Positions 27,256 to 37,464 of a stretch of 64,000 nt of DNA are shown here, piece by piece (position 1 is the stretch's first letter; each line of letters starts with the position of its first letter). The position numbers and the translations under genes were made by a program. The notes under the pieces are model-generated. The model was given only the letters and a program-made list of their open reading frames with translations. It was not told where the DNA came from and made no database searches. The stretch is from an uncultured Candidatus Saccharibacteria bacterium (GTDB taxonomy: Bacteria; Patescibacteriota; JAQUNI01), in NCBI GenBank assembly GCA_964555185.1, contig CAZKRD010000003.1, positions 19,943-83,942 of the forward strand. Reading direction: 5' to 3'.

Positions 27256-29208
27256 TTATTCTTCCTCTTCTTCGTCTGCTTCCTCTTCTGGCGGTTCAGG
27301 AGTTGGTTCTGGTTTGGGCGGAGGCGGCGGTGGTTTTGGTTCTTCTTTTTTTTCTTCTTTTGGAGGGGTGCCTGCACCCACTAAAAAGACCGCTTTCCAA
27401 GGATAGTATTTTGAATAAAAACTGTCTTTTAGGATTTCCTCGCCATCGCGGGTAACCGTGCGGTGGAAGACCGTAGAGATACCTTTGTGGGCGCGTTCAA
27501 TCTGTTTTTTCTGGCCCGCAGGCAGGGTGTTGGTTTCAATCTGGGCTGGCTCGCCAGGTTCAATCCAACCCGAGATATAGACGGGGCCTTTGATTTCAAT
27601 TTTGCGATTGTCATCTGTGCCGTAGAAGTCAAAATAGAGCTTGTTGCCGGAAATTCGGCTCTGAATCAGGATATGGCCGTCGGTATTGTTTTTAAAGCGG
27701 ACATCAGGATGGGGGATATAGATCGTGGCGTCCATGCCGATCGGTTTGTAGTAACTGACCACATATCTATGGGGCTTCCGTTCTAAAATCGGCAGACCAG
27801 AGTAGATTGCCGACCGGAAGATGGTGGTTGAAACCTGGCATAACCCGCCGCCGAACTCTGGAATCGTGCCTTCGGGCTTGATCACCAATTCTGGCTTGTA
27901 ACCGGTCTGGGCGGAAACTTCGCCCAAGGTTTCAATCACGGAGAATTCCTGATCTGGTTTGATTAAGACACCATTGAATCTGCCCGCGCCGATCCGGATG
28001 TTGTGGCGGCGGTTAGCGGGTGATCCGGTAAAATCGGATTCACCCGTGCCAATCAAGGTTGTAATTCCCAGGTCATTGATGTTTTGGTTGCTGACGCTGG
28101 GAACGATTGTTTTGACGACGATTTCGGTTTGTCTTTCCGAGTCGGGAGTGTTATGAGTAAGCGCGGATTCAATCTGTTGAATAGTTGCCTCAAAGTCCAG
28201 TTCCTTCCCGTCCCGTCCGGGTTTAAACAGGGTGACCTTGCTTCCGGCCATTTTAAAGAGAGCGTTAATCGGCTCTTGGGAAAGCTCTGGGGCAATGCTT
28301 TCCAAAAAAGTACTAGTTTCGGCACGATTTAGAGTAAGCTTTAAGATTTTACTTGATTCTTTTCTTCCTAGATAATCAGAGACAGAGAGCGTGAAGTCTC
28401 TCAAAGACAATTTTCTTTCTTTTTTGAGGGGGGCAGGGCCTTTGCTTTTGATTAGATCTTCAGACAATTCAAAATCGATCCAGGAAATAATGGTTTCGGG
28501 ATTGATTGTCCAGTACTTTCCCTCCCAAGTCAGTTTTAAAGATTTGTTGCTTGCTTCTTGGGCAGCGCGGTAGGCCGGGAGGATGCCGATTCGGGTCAAT
28601 TCGGGCGCTTCTGTTTTCAGTCTGACCTCAATTCTGTTTTCGGAAAGACTATCTAAATTTTTTTTTATTTCTGCTTTTAACTTTTCAAAATTGACTTTTT
28701 TCCCTTCTTTTTCCGGGATGATGTAAAAACGGCTGTCTTTTAAAACCAGTTTGGCGGAGACAGGCTCTTCGCGAAGCAGAGAGAGGTTGTCGTGAAGGTA
28801 TTGATCAAGCCTGTCTGGATCCAGAGTATAGCGCATCGGCAGATCTGCTTGTCCCAAGACCAGGAGGATTTGATTTAATGTTCTTTTGGCTATATTTTTT
28901 TCGCGGCCCACATCAAAGGCCTGGTCTAGGGTTTTTTCAAGATCAAATTCAAGCGAGATATCCTCTTTTTTAATGTTCCACTCCCTTTGTTTGTAGAAGA
29001 TTTTAAAACTTTGGTTTTCAAAATAGCTGACCCGACCTTCCAAAATCTTAAAAGCCTGCTCGCGATTTTTTTTGCCTAAATTAAGACCTGCCACTCGGGT
29101 GCCGGGATAGATCCGATTAGCATAAGCTAAGCTAAAGACGGCAACAAGCGGGATGACGAGCAGGATGATCGCGATCAAGGCGAGCAGAATTTTTTTAGGG
29201 ATGGTCAT
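27256..29208 (-). CDS. VanW family protein with peptidoglycan-binding domains and G5-like C-terminus
   Basis: NRRHNI, GGGLCQVSTT.FR, ERKPH, GMDATIY. Confidence 0.9.
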   Translation of the reverse strand: MTIPKKILLALIAIILLVIPLVAVFSLAYANRIYPGTRVAGLNLGKKNREQAFKILEGRVSYFENQSFKIFYKQREWNIKKEDISLEFDLEKTLDQAFDVGREKNIAKRTLNQILLVLGQADLPMRYTLDPDRLDQYLHDNLSLLREEPVSAKLVLKDSRFYIIPEKEGKKVNFEKLKAEIKKNLDSLSENRIEVRLKTEAPELTRIGILPAYRAAQEASNKSLKLTWEGKYWTINPETIISWIDFELSEDLIKSKGPAPLKKERKLSLRDFTLSVSDYLGRKESSKILKLTLNRAETSTFLESIAPELSQEPINALFKMAGSKVTLFKPGRDGKELDFEATIQQIESALTHNTPDSERQTEIVVKTIVPSVSNQNINDLGITTLIGTGESDFTGSPANRRHNIRIGAGRFNGVLIKPDQEFSVIETLGEVSAQTGYKPELVIKPEGTIPEFGGGLCQVSTTIFRSAIYSGLPILERKPHRYVVSYYKPIGMDATIYIPHPDVRFKNNTDGHILIQSRISGNKLYFDFYGTDDNRKIEIKGPVYISGWIEPGEPAQIETNTLPAGQKKQIERAHKGISTVFHRTVTRDGEEILKDSFYSKYYPWKAVFLVGAGTPPKEEKKEEPKPPPPPPKPEPTPEPPEEEADEEEEE

Positions 29209-29359
29209 TTTCAATGTTTTTGTTTAAAACAAAAATTAGAAACCTTCAAATTCCTCCTTATACTATAGCTAAAAAATTCTGTTTTTTCAACCAAAAACCC
29301 CGCAACACAAAGTACAAAGTTCTTCGGGGTTTTTTGGATAGAATTTTATTGAATACGTT

Positions 29360-31933
29360 TTAATCCTCTTCTTCCTCTTTCGGTTCTGGCTCTGGCACTG
29401 GTTCTGGAGAGATTTTGGCTCTCAGGCTTTGAATTTTTTGTTTCACTTGTTCATTATCAGGATTTAATTCTTGCACTTTGCTCATTTGCTCCAAGGCCAG
29501 ATCAAGTTCTCCTAAAGTTTCATAAGCCAAAGCCAGACTGTAGCGGGCGTTAGCGTGATTTGGATTCAAACCAATTACGAGAGTAAAAGCATTGACCGCG
29601 CGGACAAAATCAGGATTTTCTTCAAGATTATTCTGGTTTTCCGACATCGCTTTGTTGTAAGAGAGGCGGCCGACTTCATAGATTACTTCTTGATTTTTTG
29701 GGGCCAGCTGATAACAGATTCCAATTCGCTCTAAAGCTTCTTGGAGTTGATTCTTTTTTTCAAAAATTAGGGCGAGGTAATAATGGGCGGCGAGGTAATC
29801 CGCCTTTAACTCCACTGCCTTTTGAAAGGCTTCTTCGGCTTTGATGTAGCCTTCTTCCTGTTCTGCTCCTTCGGAAAGCCCTGCTTTCAGCATATAGGCG
29901 CGGCCCAGTTTGGCCGCAAAGACGGGGTTGGTTGGCTCGAGCTCCTGCGCTTTTTCATAAGATTTGATTACCCAGTCGTTAGCATCCTGGGAGTAGAGCG
30001 TGGTGTTTTCATAGACCTGGCCCCGCGCTTCCCAGAAGTTGACATTCTGAGGCACAAGATCGGTAGCCTGCTTTGACTGATTGATGCCGTTGGCGATTAA
30101 GAGTTGAATCAGATTGATGTCAGCGGCATCACCTTTGGTTGCTTCTATGTTTGCCTGGGTTAAATAATTTTGAGCTAAGGCTAAATAGTAGATCGGACGG
30201 TGTTGATTTAGTTCCAGGGCGCGGTTAAAGAGACGAGTTGCTTCATTATAGTTTTGTTCGGAAGCTTTTTCTAAAGCCTTTTGGTGATAAGCGTCTGCCA
30301 AGTAGATCCGTCCTAAGTAGCTGAATAGGATGGCGACTGCAGAGAGGGCAGCAACAAAGGTAAAGGAGAGAAGAAGGGCATACTTAGGAGAGGCCTTGAA
30401 AGACAAGGTGAATTTTCTAAATTCATACGGTCGATAGATGCTGATGATAGCCATAATCAAACCCATCGAGAGCCAAAAAAAGGTTTGAAGCGTGGTATTA
30501 GTGGAATTTAAAAATCCGGCAAAGAATAGAGAGGCCCAGCCAGCGATCAAGCCGAGGGCAATGAAGTCAATGCGGGATTCCCGCTTTACTCCTTGTTCTT
30601 CCTCTTCTTCTTCGCCTTCTTTGATTTCTCGGATAGGGATAGATCTGGATTTTAAATCTAACTCATTCTCATCTTTTTTTGGTGTCTCTAATTCTTCTTC
30701 CTCTTTGAATTTTTCAAAGAAAGAGCTCGTTTTTCCAGGACCTCTCTGATTATTAGCGAGCGGCCCTTCTTTAAAAACAGATGGTCTGTTTCGTCCCTTT
30801 TTGATTAAAATTAAACTGGATGAGCCGATGAAGACCAAGACGATTACGGTCAGGGCGAGTACGCCCAATACCCCGGTCGTGGCCAAGGATTCAAAATAGA
30901 CGTTGTTTGCTTTTTCAAACCTTACATTCCAAAGGATGTTGCGGTTAAAACGGGCTGGACGATATTGAGAAAAGTCATAACTAAAGGTTTCGGGCCCAGA
31001 GCCAAAAAGGAAATTAAAGAAGCCGGACCAGACTGTTTTTCGGCTGATCTCCCAAGACAGTTTATTGCTTAAAGATACCTCGCTAGGCAAGTTTCCTTTT
31101 ATCACCGAGGGTATGCCCAAGGTGGCGCCAAAGATCGCGACCAGCAAGAGGATTCCGGGGACAACCAGCCATTTCTTGGCTAAATAGTCTTTACTCTTGG
31201 CAATGCCAAAACCCAAAATTGCAAACATAGCTAGAATTAGTACATACCACCCCACTTTAAAATTGATTATATTCATCAGGACCCAGTTTGCAATAATCAG
31301 AATCAGAACTAATATCCTGAAGATTAACTTCATTCTGGTCTTTAAGAGGAAGGCGACAGCCAGACAGAGGGTAAAGGTCAAAAAGACTGTTAAGCTCATC
31401 AAGCTGCCCACGGGATTGAAGGAATTGATTTTGGTCAGCTCAAAAGGGAGAATGAAAACGTTGAAGATCTGAAGAAGAGTGTAGACAACCAGGAGGGCTG
31501 TTGAAGCAAGGAGAGCTATCCCGAGCCTAATGATTTTTTTGGCGGTGTTTAAGTTGCTGACAACGAGAAAATAGAGGAGAGCATAGAAAACAACCGTGAT
31601 TAATCCTGTTGAACCTTGGCCGTAAGCGCCCAGGATGCTGCTTACTTTATCTTGAGAAAATATTGTGGCGAGGGCATAGATAATCAAGAAAGCAATAATC
31701 GGGATATCAAGCGGCGTGCGCTTGATAATCATTTTTTTGCCTTGAATCCCCTTGGCAAACCAAGCGAGGTAGCCGATCAGGACAGTAGCGAAGAGTAAGA
31801 GTTGCTTTGAGAATTCCAGAACGCGAGGCGTGAAGGGGAGAAAAAAGAGCGGAAGCAAAAAGACTAAAAGAATCAACGACCAAAAAATAACCTGGTCGCA
31901 AGTTAGAGACACTTTCTCTTTGATACTAATCAT
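29360..31933 (-). CDS. O-antigen-ligase-like membrane protein with C-terminal TPR repeats
   Basis: Many TM helices, FGSGPETF, ANNVYFESLATTGVLG, TPR helices. Confidence 0.85.
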   Translation of the reverse strand: MISIKEKVSLTCDQVIFWSLILLVFLLPLFFLPFTPRVLEFSKQLLLFATVLIGYLAWFAKGIQGKKMIIKRTPLDIPIIAFLIIYALATIFSQDKVSSILGAYGQGSTGLITVVFYALLYFLVVSNLNTAKKIIRLGIALLASTALLVVYTLLQIFNVFILPFELTKINSFNPVGSLMSLTVFLTFTLCLAVAFLLKTRMKLIFRILVLILIIANWVLMNIINFKVGWYVLILAMFAILGFGIAKSKDYLAKKWLVVPGILLLVAIFGATLGIPSVIKGNLPSEVSLSNKLSWEISRKTVWSGFFNFLFGSGPETFSYDFSQYRPARFNRNILWNVRFEKANNVYFESLATTGVLGVLALTVIVLVFIGSSSLILIKKGRNRPSVFKEGPLANNQRGPGKTSSFFEKFKEEEELETPKKDENELDLKSRSIPIREIKEGEEEEEEQGVKRESRIDFIALGLIAGWASLFFAGFLNSTNTTLQTFFWLSMGLIMAIISIYRPYEFRKFTLSFKASPKYALLLSFTFVAALSAVAILFSYLGRIYLADAYHQKALEKASEQNYNEATRLFNRALELNQHRPIYYLALAQNYLTQANIEATKGDAADINLIQLLIANGINQSKQATDLVPQNVNFWEARGQVYENTTLYSQDANDWVIKSYEKAQELEPTNPVFAAKLGRAYMLKAGLSEGAEQEEGYIKAEEAFQKAVELKADYLAAHYYLALIFEKKNQLQEALERIGICYQLAPKNQEVIYEVGRLSYNKAMSENQNNLEENPDFVRAVNAFTLVIGLNPNHANARYSLALAYETLGELDLALEQMSKVQELNPDNEQVKQKIQSLRAKISPEPVPEPEPKEEEED

Positions 31934-31952
31934 GGTTTTTGAATATTATTTT

Positions 31953-32426
31953 TTATTTAGCTTCCACCGCGATCGTTTTTGTTTTTGCTTTTGAGGCCTT
32001 GGGGAGGGTAATGGTCAGGATTCCGTTTGTAAGCTGGGCTTTGATTTTTTCCGTTTCTACGTCCACCGGCAGGATTACAGACCGGGAAAAGGGACCCCAA
32101 TAACATTCCTGATAATAGTAGTCTTCTGGTTTAATCTGGGCGTCATTTTTTCTTGTTCCTTTAATCGTCAACATATCGTTGTTGATTGTTACGTCCAAGT
32201 CTTCGGGTCTAACGCCGGCAATCGTTGATTTGATCACTATATCATTCGGAGTCTGGTAGACGTCAATCGTGAGCTGTCCTTCATAATCCCCGGCAGCTTC
32301 TTCTGTTGCTTGCGGGTTTTCTTTCTTGTCGGGATCAGGGTTCTTGTCTTGAAGTTTTGTCGGCAGGTTTTCAATCGGAGTGTTTTTAGCGCCTGCTAGT
32401 TTTTCTAAGAAATGCTTTTTAGCCAT
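31953..32426 (-). CDS. Hsp20/alpha-crystallin small heat-shock protein
   Basis: DVYQT, ECYWGPFSRSVILP, NGILTITLPK. Confidence 0.95.
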   Translation of the reverse strand: MAKKHFLEKLAGAKNTPIENLPTKLQDKNPDPDKKENPQATEEAAGDYEGQLTIDVYQTPNDIVIKSTIAGVRPEDLDVTINNDMLTIKGTRKNDAQIKPEDYYYQECYWGPFSRSVILPVDVETEKIKAQLTNGILTITLPKASKAKTKTIAVEAK

Positions 32427-32484
32427 TTATGTTTTCCTTTCTGCCCGTCTCTATCTTTTATGATAGCAAACAGGCTTTGATTGT

Positions 32485-33240
32485 TTACTGATTATGTTTG
32501 TTGGCTTGCTGTTTCTCAAAGTCGTTTGGGACGCCTTGGCCGTTTCCCGGATTACTTCTCGAAAGCATGCGGGCCCGTCTTCTCTTTAATCCTTTGATCA
32601 GCTGGTTTAGCGTGACAAATCCTCCGATGACGATAATGACCAAGAGGGGAATCGTGACGCTGATCCCGATTGTGATCACAAAGTTATAGGCGCCGTGAAT
32701 GATGATCGCGATCAAGAGGCCGCGGCGGATCAAGCTTTTTTCTCTTTTTGGGTTAAAGCGCGCGCGCCCCAGATAATAGCCGACAATCCCGGAAGCAAAG
32801 GCGTGCATCAAGGTCGCGCTAAAAAAACGCAGGAGGATGATGCTTGGCCCGTTGCCTAAAGTGGCCATCACATTCTCGAGGGAGGCAAAGCCAAGGCCTG
32901 CTACTGTGCCGTAGATGATGCCGTCAAGCCGTTGGTCAAATTCCGGACGTTTATAGACCTTTCGCTTGATGACCAGGTATTTAAGGTATTCTTCAATCGG
33001 CGCGATTACCAGGAAGGTCCCCCAGATGATTTGACTTATGCTTTCATTGAGGGAATAGGGCATAATGTAGTCAACCACAAACTCAAGGAGCGCGGCCGGA
33101 ATCGTGGCCAACATGCCCCAGACAAAGATTTTGAACACGAGGCGCAGAGGCTCTGGTTCTTCTTTGTCTTTCCGCCGGTAAAAGATCAACCAAAAAATAC
33201 CAGGCCCCAGCGCAATCAGCGCGTAGAGGATGATCAGCAT
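32485..33240 (-). CDS. prsW: PrsW family intramembrane protease
   Basis: EEYLK, DGIIYG, GFASLEN, H...HGAYN. Confidence 0.9.
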   Translation of the reverse strand: MLIILYALIALGPGIFWLIFYRRKDKEEPEPLRLVFKIFVWGMLATIPAALLEFVVDYIMPYSLNESISQIIWGTFLVIAPIEEYLKYLVIKRKVYKRPEFDQRLDGIIYGTVAGLGFASLENVMATLGNGPSIILLRFFSATLMHAFASGIVGYYLGRARFNPKREKSLIRRGLLIAIIIHGAYNFVITIGISVTIPLLVIIVIGGFVTLNQLIKGLKRRRARMLSRSNPGNGQGVPNDFEKQQANKHNQ

Positions 33241-33450
33241 AAAATCAGGTCATTATGGATTGTCTTACCTCTCCATTATAGCAGGATTGCCAAGCAAAAA
33301 CAAAAGACGGTGGATAATTTCTTTGGTAAAGAGCACTCTTATATTTAATAACGATTGATTGGGGATAATACTGCAGGGATGATATAATAAAAGGGATTCT
33401 AGTTTTCTTGGTTCTTTGAGATCATAATCATACTGTGAGGGGTGTTTTAG

Positions 33451-35976
33451 ATGAAGAGAAGGTTCAGAGCGGTAGTGATCGTTTTGTTGTTTTTATTGTT
33501 TCTGGGGAATCAGGTTTTGGCCCAAGCACAAGAGGAAGATCCAGAGATTCAGAGAGCGCGGCAGTATATCCGCACCGTTTTTCGGATCACCACGATTTCG
33601 GATAAGGTTTTAAACATTGCCTTAGGGGAGAAATTCAACGGAATCCCTTGGCTCAAGTGGATCGGTTTTCTGATTAGCGGGGATCAGATTTATGAAGAAT
33701 TCTCAATAGGGGATTATTATCGAGGGATTTACCTCGCAATCCAGACCGGGTTCGACAAGATTTTAGTTGAAGCCTTAGAGCTTGTTGGTTTTGGGGGGAT
33801 TGCTAAGACAGCGAGGCTTGCTTTCTCGCCAATTGAAAGGGCTTTATTGGAATTCTATGACAACGCGGTGGCTGTCGCGATTCAAAACCAGATTAGTCTC
33901 TATCTTGAGGCGCGGCGTTTAGGATATTCTCATCAGGAGATTTTAGACCAAGAGGATGGAGACGGAGAGCTGTTTTTCACAGACGATGGTTGGTTGTACA
34001 TTGCTGGTGATTTAACAATCCCTCCCTTTGGCGCTGTCAGGCCGGGACACAACAAGCGGGAAGATGTTTACGATCTTGCTCGTGATGTTTATTTAACGCT
34101 TCAAGCCCAAGTCGTTTATTCAGAAGAAAAAGAGGAGTTGGGCGAGAAATTTTTAGAAAGGGTTTTGGGAGTTAGCCAGGCAATCGGCAGTGCTGATCTT
34201 GCTTTGGTCATTGACCGTTCCGGGAGCATGACTTATCCGATGACGAATTCAGACTCCCGTTCGCGTTTGGCAGTGGCAAAAGTCGCGGCTGAAGCTTTTG
34301 CCGATCTTGTCTGGCCCGAAGATTACTGCGCGGTCGTGGATTTTGCCGGTGATGTTGATGTTCCAGGTCAAGGCTATTTCGAAAGTAGCAATGAAATTAA
34401 AGAGCTGATCAGGGGCATTGAAGTTGGCAGTTGGAATGGGACAGCAATCGGATTGGCTCTCTATGCCTGCTTTAAGGGTTTTAAGACCCTGCCCCATCCC
34501 AATAACCAGTTGATTTTGCTTTTGACCGATGGCGCGAACAACCGAGATCCTGACCCTTTTGAAGTGATTCCCGAGGACAGCTGTCCTGTTTTTACGATCG
34601 GGTTTGGCTCGGGCGAAGAATACAATGAACCGATGCTCCAGGAAATTGCTAAAGTTACAGGCGGGATGTACAAGCACGTGGATTTTGGTTCTCCGGAAGA
34701 GCTTGCTGACTTCTTTGCTTTTATCGGGGGCTTAATGCACGGAGCGAGCACTGCCTTAAAAGAAAGAGGATACATCAATCAAGAACAAACAGTAGAACAC
34801 AGGTTTAGAATCGGAGACGATGTCGGTTTAGCCCAGATCAATCTTAGTTGGGGCGGGAGTACTTTAGGAGCCCAGATTATCGGGCCGGCAGGCGCTTTAA
34901 TCTTGCCAGACAGGAGAGGCGAAGTTTATTTGGGCTTTGACTTGGCAGTCCCCTCCCTTGGTCAATACAGAATTGAAATAAAAGGGGAGAGCGTGAGCCC
35001 GGGCGGTGAACCTTATGTTTTAAGCGTGGCCACGGTCAGTTCGGTGATTGCCAATTTTCATCCTTTCAAGTCTCTTTATGCTTTAGGTGAAGCGATTGAG
35101 ATTAGGATTTCTGCCAAACAAAAAGGGGAGGATTATGTTCTCAAATCCCTTCCCTGCACAGTGGTTTTGTGGATTTGCGATCCTGATGGTCAGGTTTTAG
35201 AAAAAGAGGGGGATCTTTGTCAATATATTCCAGAAATCCCCGGTCCCTATTTGATCCGGGCCGAGATTTCGGGCGTGGATTTAGAGGGCGAGCCCTTTCA
35301 AAGAATTTTGGAAGAGCGGATCTGGGCCGGTTCACGGGAGGCTTTGACCATTAATCCAGATTCTCTGGCGCCGGCGCCAAACTCTGTGATTTATAAGCGG
35401 AAGCCCTGTATTTCTGCTCAAATTTTAGGGCCGAGCTCTAATTTGAATCCAGAAGCTTGGAGTCTGGCGATAGACGGGACAGAGGCAGAATTTGAGTTTA
35501 ACGAGGTTGATCAAATCATATCTTGGGTCCCTTCCAGCTACCTTGCTTTTGGCGAGCACAATGTCATTTTGACCATCGTGGACAGAGAGGGACAGGGCCC
35601 ACCGCCGCTTCATTGGTCTTTTCAGATTGAGTTTAACGAATTAGCGGTTTCCGAGAATATTACAGTAGAAGAAAAAGATGGTTTAGGGGAACAGGTGGAT
35701 TTTAGGGATTTATGGGCAATCAACTTTCCCAACCCCTTTTTTAACGAAACCACATTCGCTGTTTGGCTGGAAAGAAAAGCAGAGATTCAGATCGAGGTGT
35801 TTACTGCAGGCGGTCAGAAGGTGGCTTCTTTTACTTTTTCCGGACAGCCAGGGCATAACAAGATTCCTTGGCAAGCTCAAAACAGCCAAGGAGAAATTCT
35901 GGCCAGCGGCATCTATTTTTATTCTGTCAAGACGCAAGAATCTAGTTTGCAACGAAAGATGTTGATTTTGAAGTAA
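33451..35976 (+). CDS. Secreted VWA-domain protein with Ig-like domains and a FlgD-Ig/T9SS-CTD-like C-terminus
   Basis: MIDAS DRSGSM, T, LTDG; NFPNPF...ASGIYFY...KMLILK. Confidence 0.85.
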   Translation: MKRRFRAVVIVLLFLLFLGNQVLAQAQEEDPEIQRARQYIRTVFRITTISDKVLNIALGEKFNGIPWLKWIGFLISGDQIYEEFSIGDYYRGIYLAIQTGFDKILVEALELVGFGGIAKTARLAFSPIERALLEFYDNAVAVAIQNQISLYLEARRLGYSHQEILDQEDGDGELFFTDDGWLYIAGDLTIPPFGAVRPGHNKREDVYDLARDVYLTLQAQVVYSEEKEELGEKFLERVLGVSQAIGSADLALVIDRSGSMTYPMTNSDSRSRLAVAKVAAEAFADLVWPEDYCAVVDFAGDVDVPGQGYFESSNEIKELIRGIEVGSWNGTAIGLALYACFKGFKTLPHPNNQLILLLTDGANNRDPDPFEVIPEDSCPVFTIGFGSGEEYNEPMLQEIAKVTGGMYKHVDFGSPEELADFFAFIGGLMHGASTALKERGYINQEQTVEHRFRIGDDVGLAQINLSWGGSTLGAQIIGPAGALILPDRRGEVYLGFDLAVPSLGQYRIEIKGESVSPGGEPYVLSVATVSSVIANFHPFKSLYALGEAIEIRISAKQKGEDYVLKSLPCTVVLWICDPDGQVLEKEGDLCQYIPEIPGPYLIRAEISGVDLEGEPFQRILEERIWAGSREALTINPDSLAPAPNSVIYKRKPCISAQILGPSSNLNPEAWSLAIDGTEAEFEFNEVDQIISWVPSSYLAFGEHNVILTIVDREGQGPPPLHWSFQIEFNELAVSENITVEEKDGLGEQVDFRDLWAINFPNPFFNETTFAVWLERKAEIQIEVFTAGGQKVASFTFSGQPGHNKIPWQAQNSQGEILASGIYFYSVKTQESSLQRKMLILK

Positions 35977-36007
35977 CAGAGGATTATCCTCAATAATCCT
36001 CTTTTTT
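35977..36007 (+). terminator. Rho-independent terminator
   Basis: AGAGGATTAT/ATAATCCTCT stem plus T-tract. Confidence 0.7.
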
Positions 36008-36022
36008 AGTTTTTCCCATTTC

Positions 36023-36092
36023 CTGTCATTGCGAGCGACCAGAGGGAGCGAAGCCGCCGATACCGGGTGGTCACCCGTAGGGTGACAATCTC
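36023..36092 (+). repeat. 70-bp direct repeat copy 1 (GTCATTGCGAG palindromic-element family)
   Basis: Matches 37266..37335 with 2 mismatches. Confidence 0.92.
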
Positions 36093-36165
36093 ATAAACAG
36101 CAAGGATAGACCATTTTTTATTTTTTGGAGATTACTTCAGTTCACAGCGGCATTACCATCTTCTA

Positions 36166-36194
36166 TTGACACAGGCGACATTTTATGATACAAT
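36166..36194 (+). promoter_or_regulatory. sigma70-like promoter
   Basis: TTGACA-17-TACAAT with TGn. Confidence 0.65.
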
Positions 36195-36369
36195 ATGGAG
36201 TATTTGAAAAAAGAACTAGATTTGGGCTTAAATAAAGGGAATTTAGGCCTTAATTTAGCCCTTTGGACAATGTTTTTATCAGGCTTTTCATGTATTTTCG
36301 TGCTTATGAAGTAACACTCGCCTGACAGACAGGAAGGAGTGTTACAAAAGAAGGATAAGGAGTCAAAGA

Positions 36370-37206
36370 ATGAAAAAGTTCAGTTTGGTTATGGCGATGG
36401 TCCTGGTAGTTGGTGTGGTTGGTTTTCTGGCTGGCTGTGGCGGTTCGGGTATGGATATAACTGTCCCGGAAGGCGGGACAATTAGTGTTACTCGGAATTC
36501 TGTGCTTGTGCATGTGCCTGCTGGCACACAGCTAAATGTAAGCACAGGAGGACAACAGGTAGCGGCAAAGTCCAGGGTAGCGGCAAAGTCCGAGAGTGAG
36601 AGAAAGGCGACCCAGACCGAAGTCAGGCAACCCGAAACGTGGGTGGCCGAGGAAGCTGGTTATTATTATGCCAGCAGTACGAAAATGTCGAGTACTCGCG
36701 ACTTCGCTCTGACCGAAGCTCGCCGGATGGCTGTGTCGAGCTTATTCGGTAAGCTCCCGGCAAACGTTGACCGGAAGGACCTTCCGGGCGACGCGGTTGA
36801 AAAGGTAGATGAGGCCGTGTCTATGTCCGGTAGTTTTTACCGGGCAACGGTCAAGGTTCGTGTCTCTAAGGCTCTTGTAGACAAGGTCATCGCGGCGAAG
36901 AAGGGCCCTCAAGTCGAGTTAATTGAACTCGATAAGGACATCTATACCGATCAGGACCGTCGGTACTACTATGTTGATGGTTTTGAAACATCGAGCAACC
37001 AGCAGTTTGCCCTTGACGGCGCTGCTCACGACGCGAGGATCCGCCTTGCACGCTACTTCAACGATAGACTGAACATTATCATTGAAGTCAGCGAGATAGG
37101 GGGACAGGTTGTGAGTCAGGGGGCCAAGAGAAACGACAGCGGTCGTTATGAAGGGACCGTTAGAATAAAGATTCCCCGTGCTGGTCTTCGAACGACGCAA
37201 GACTGA
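36370..37206 (+). CDS. Lipoprotein with two LPP20-like repeats
   Basis: Lipobox LAGC; repeats YYY...S..FAL..A...A...Y..TV. Confidence 0.7.
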   Translation: MKKFSLVMAMVLVVGVVGFLAGCGGSGMDITVPEGGTISVTRNSVLVHVPAGTQLNVSTGGQQVAAKSRVAAKSESERKATQTEVRQPETWVAEEAGYYYASSTKMSSTRDFALTEARRMAVSSLFGKLPANVDRKDLPGDAVEKVDEAVSMSGSFYRATVKVRVSKALVDKVIAAKKGPQVELIELDKDIYTDQDRRYYYVDGFETSSNQQFALDGAAHDARIRLARYFNDRLNIIIEVSEIGGQVVSQGAKRNDSGRYEGTVRIKIPRAGLRTTQD

Positions 37207-37225
37207 CTAGACAGAAGTCTAGTCC

Positions 37226-37261
37226 AGGGACGAGAGCAATTAACTCGTCCCTATTTTTTTT
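37226..37261 (+). terminator. Rho-independent terminator
   Basis: AGGGACGAG/CTCGTCCCT plus T-tract. Confidence 0.75.
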
Positions 37262-37265
37262 ATTT

Positions 37266-37404
37266 CTGTCATTGCGAGCGACCAGAGGGAGCGAAGCCAC
37301 CGATACCGGGTGGTCACCCGCAGGGTGACAATCTCGTGAAAGTCTTATTTGACTCTTAGGAATGGGATTGCTTTGTCGACGCTAATGCGTCTCCTCGCAA
37401 TGAC
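37266..37404 (+). repeat. 70-bp repeat copy 2 with complementary right arm (complete palindromic element)
   Basis: GTCATTGCGAG...CAATCTC ... GGGATTG...CTCGCAATGAC. Confidence 0.88.
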
Positions 37405-37464
37405 GTTTTGTATTTTTAGGACAAAATAAAAAAGCCAAGATAAACTTGGCGAAAGATCACTACA

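Noticed and set aside
26934-27786. Overlapping short ORFs around the vanW-like 3' end and REP cluster
   Set aside because: Shadow frames of low-complexity coding sequence and repeats.
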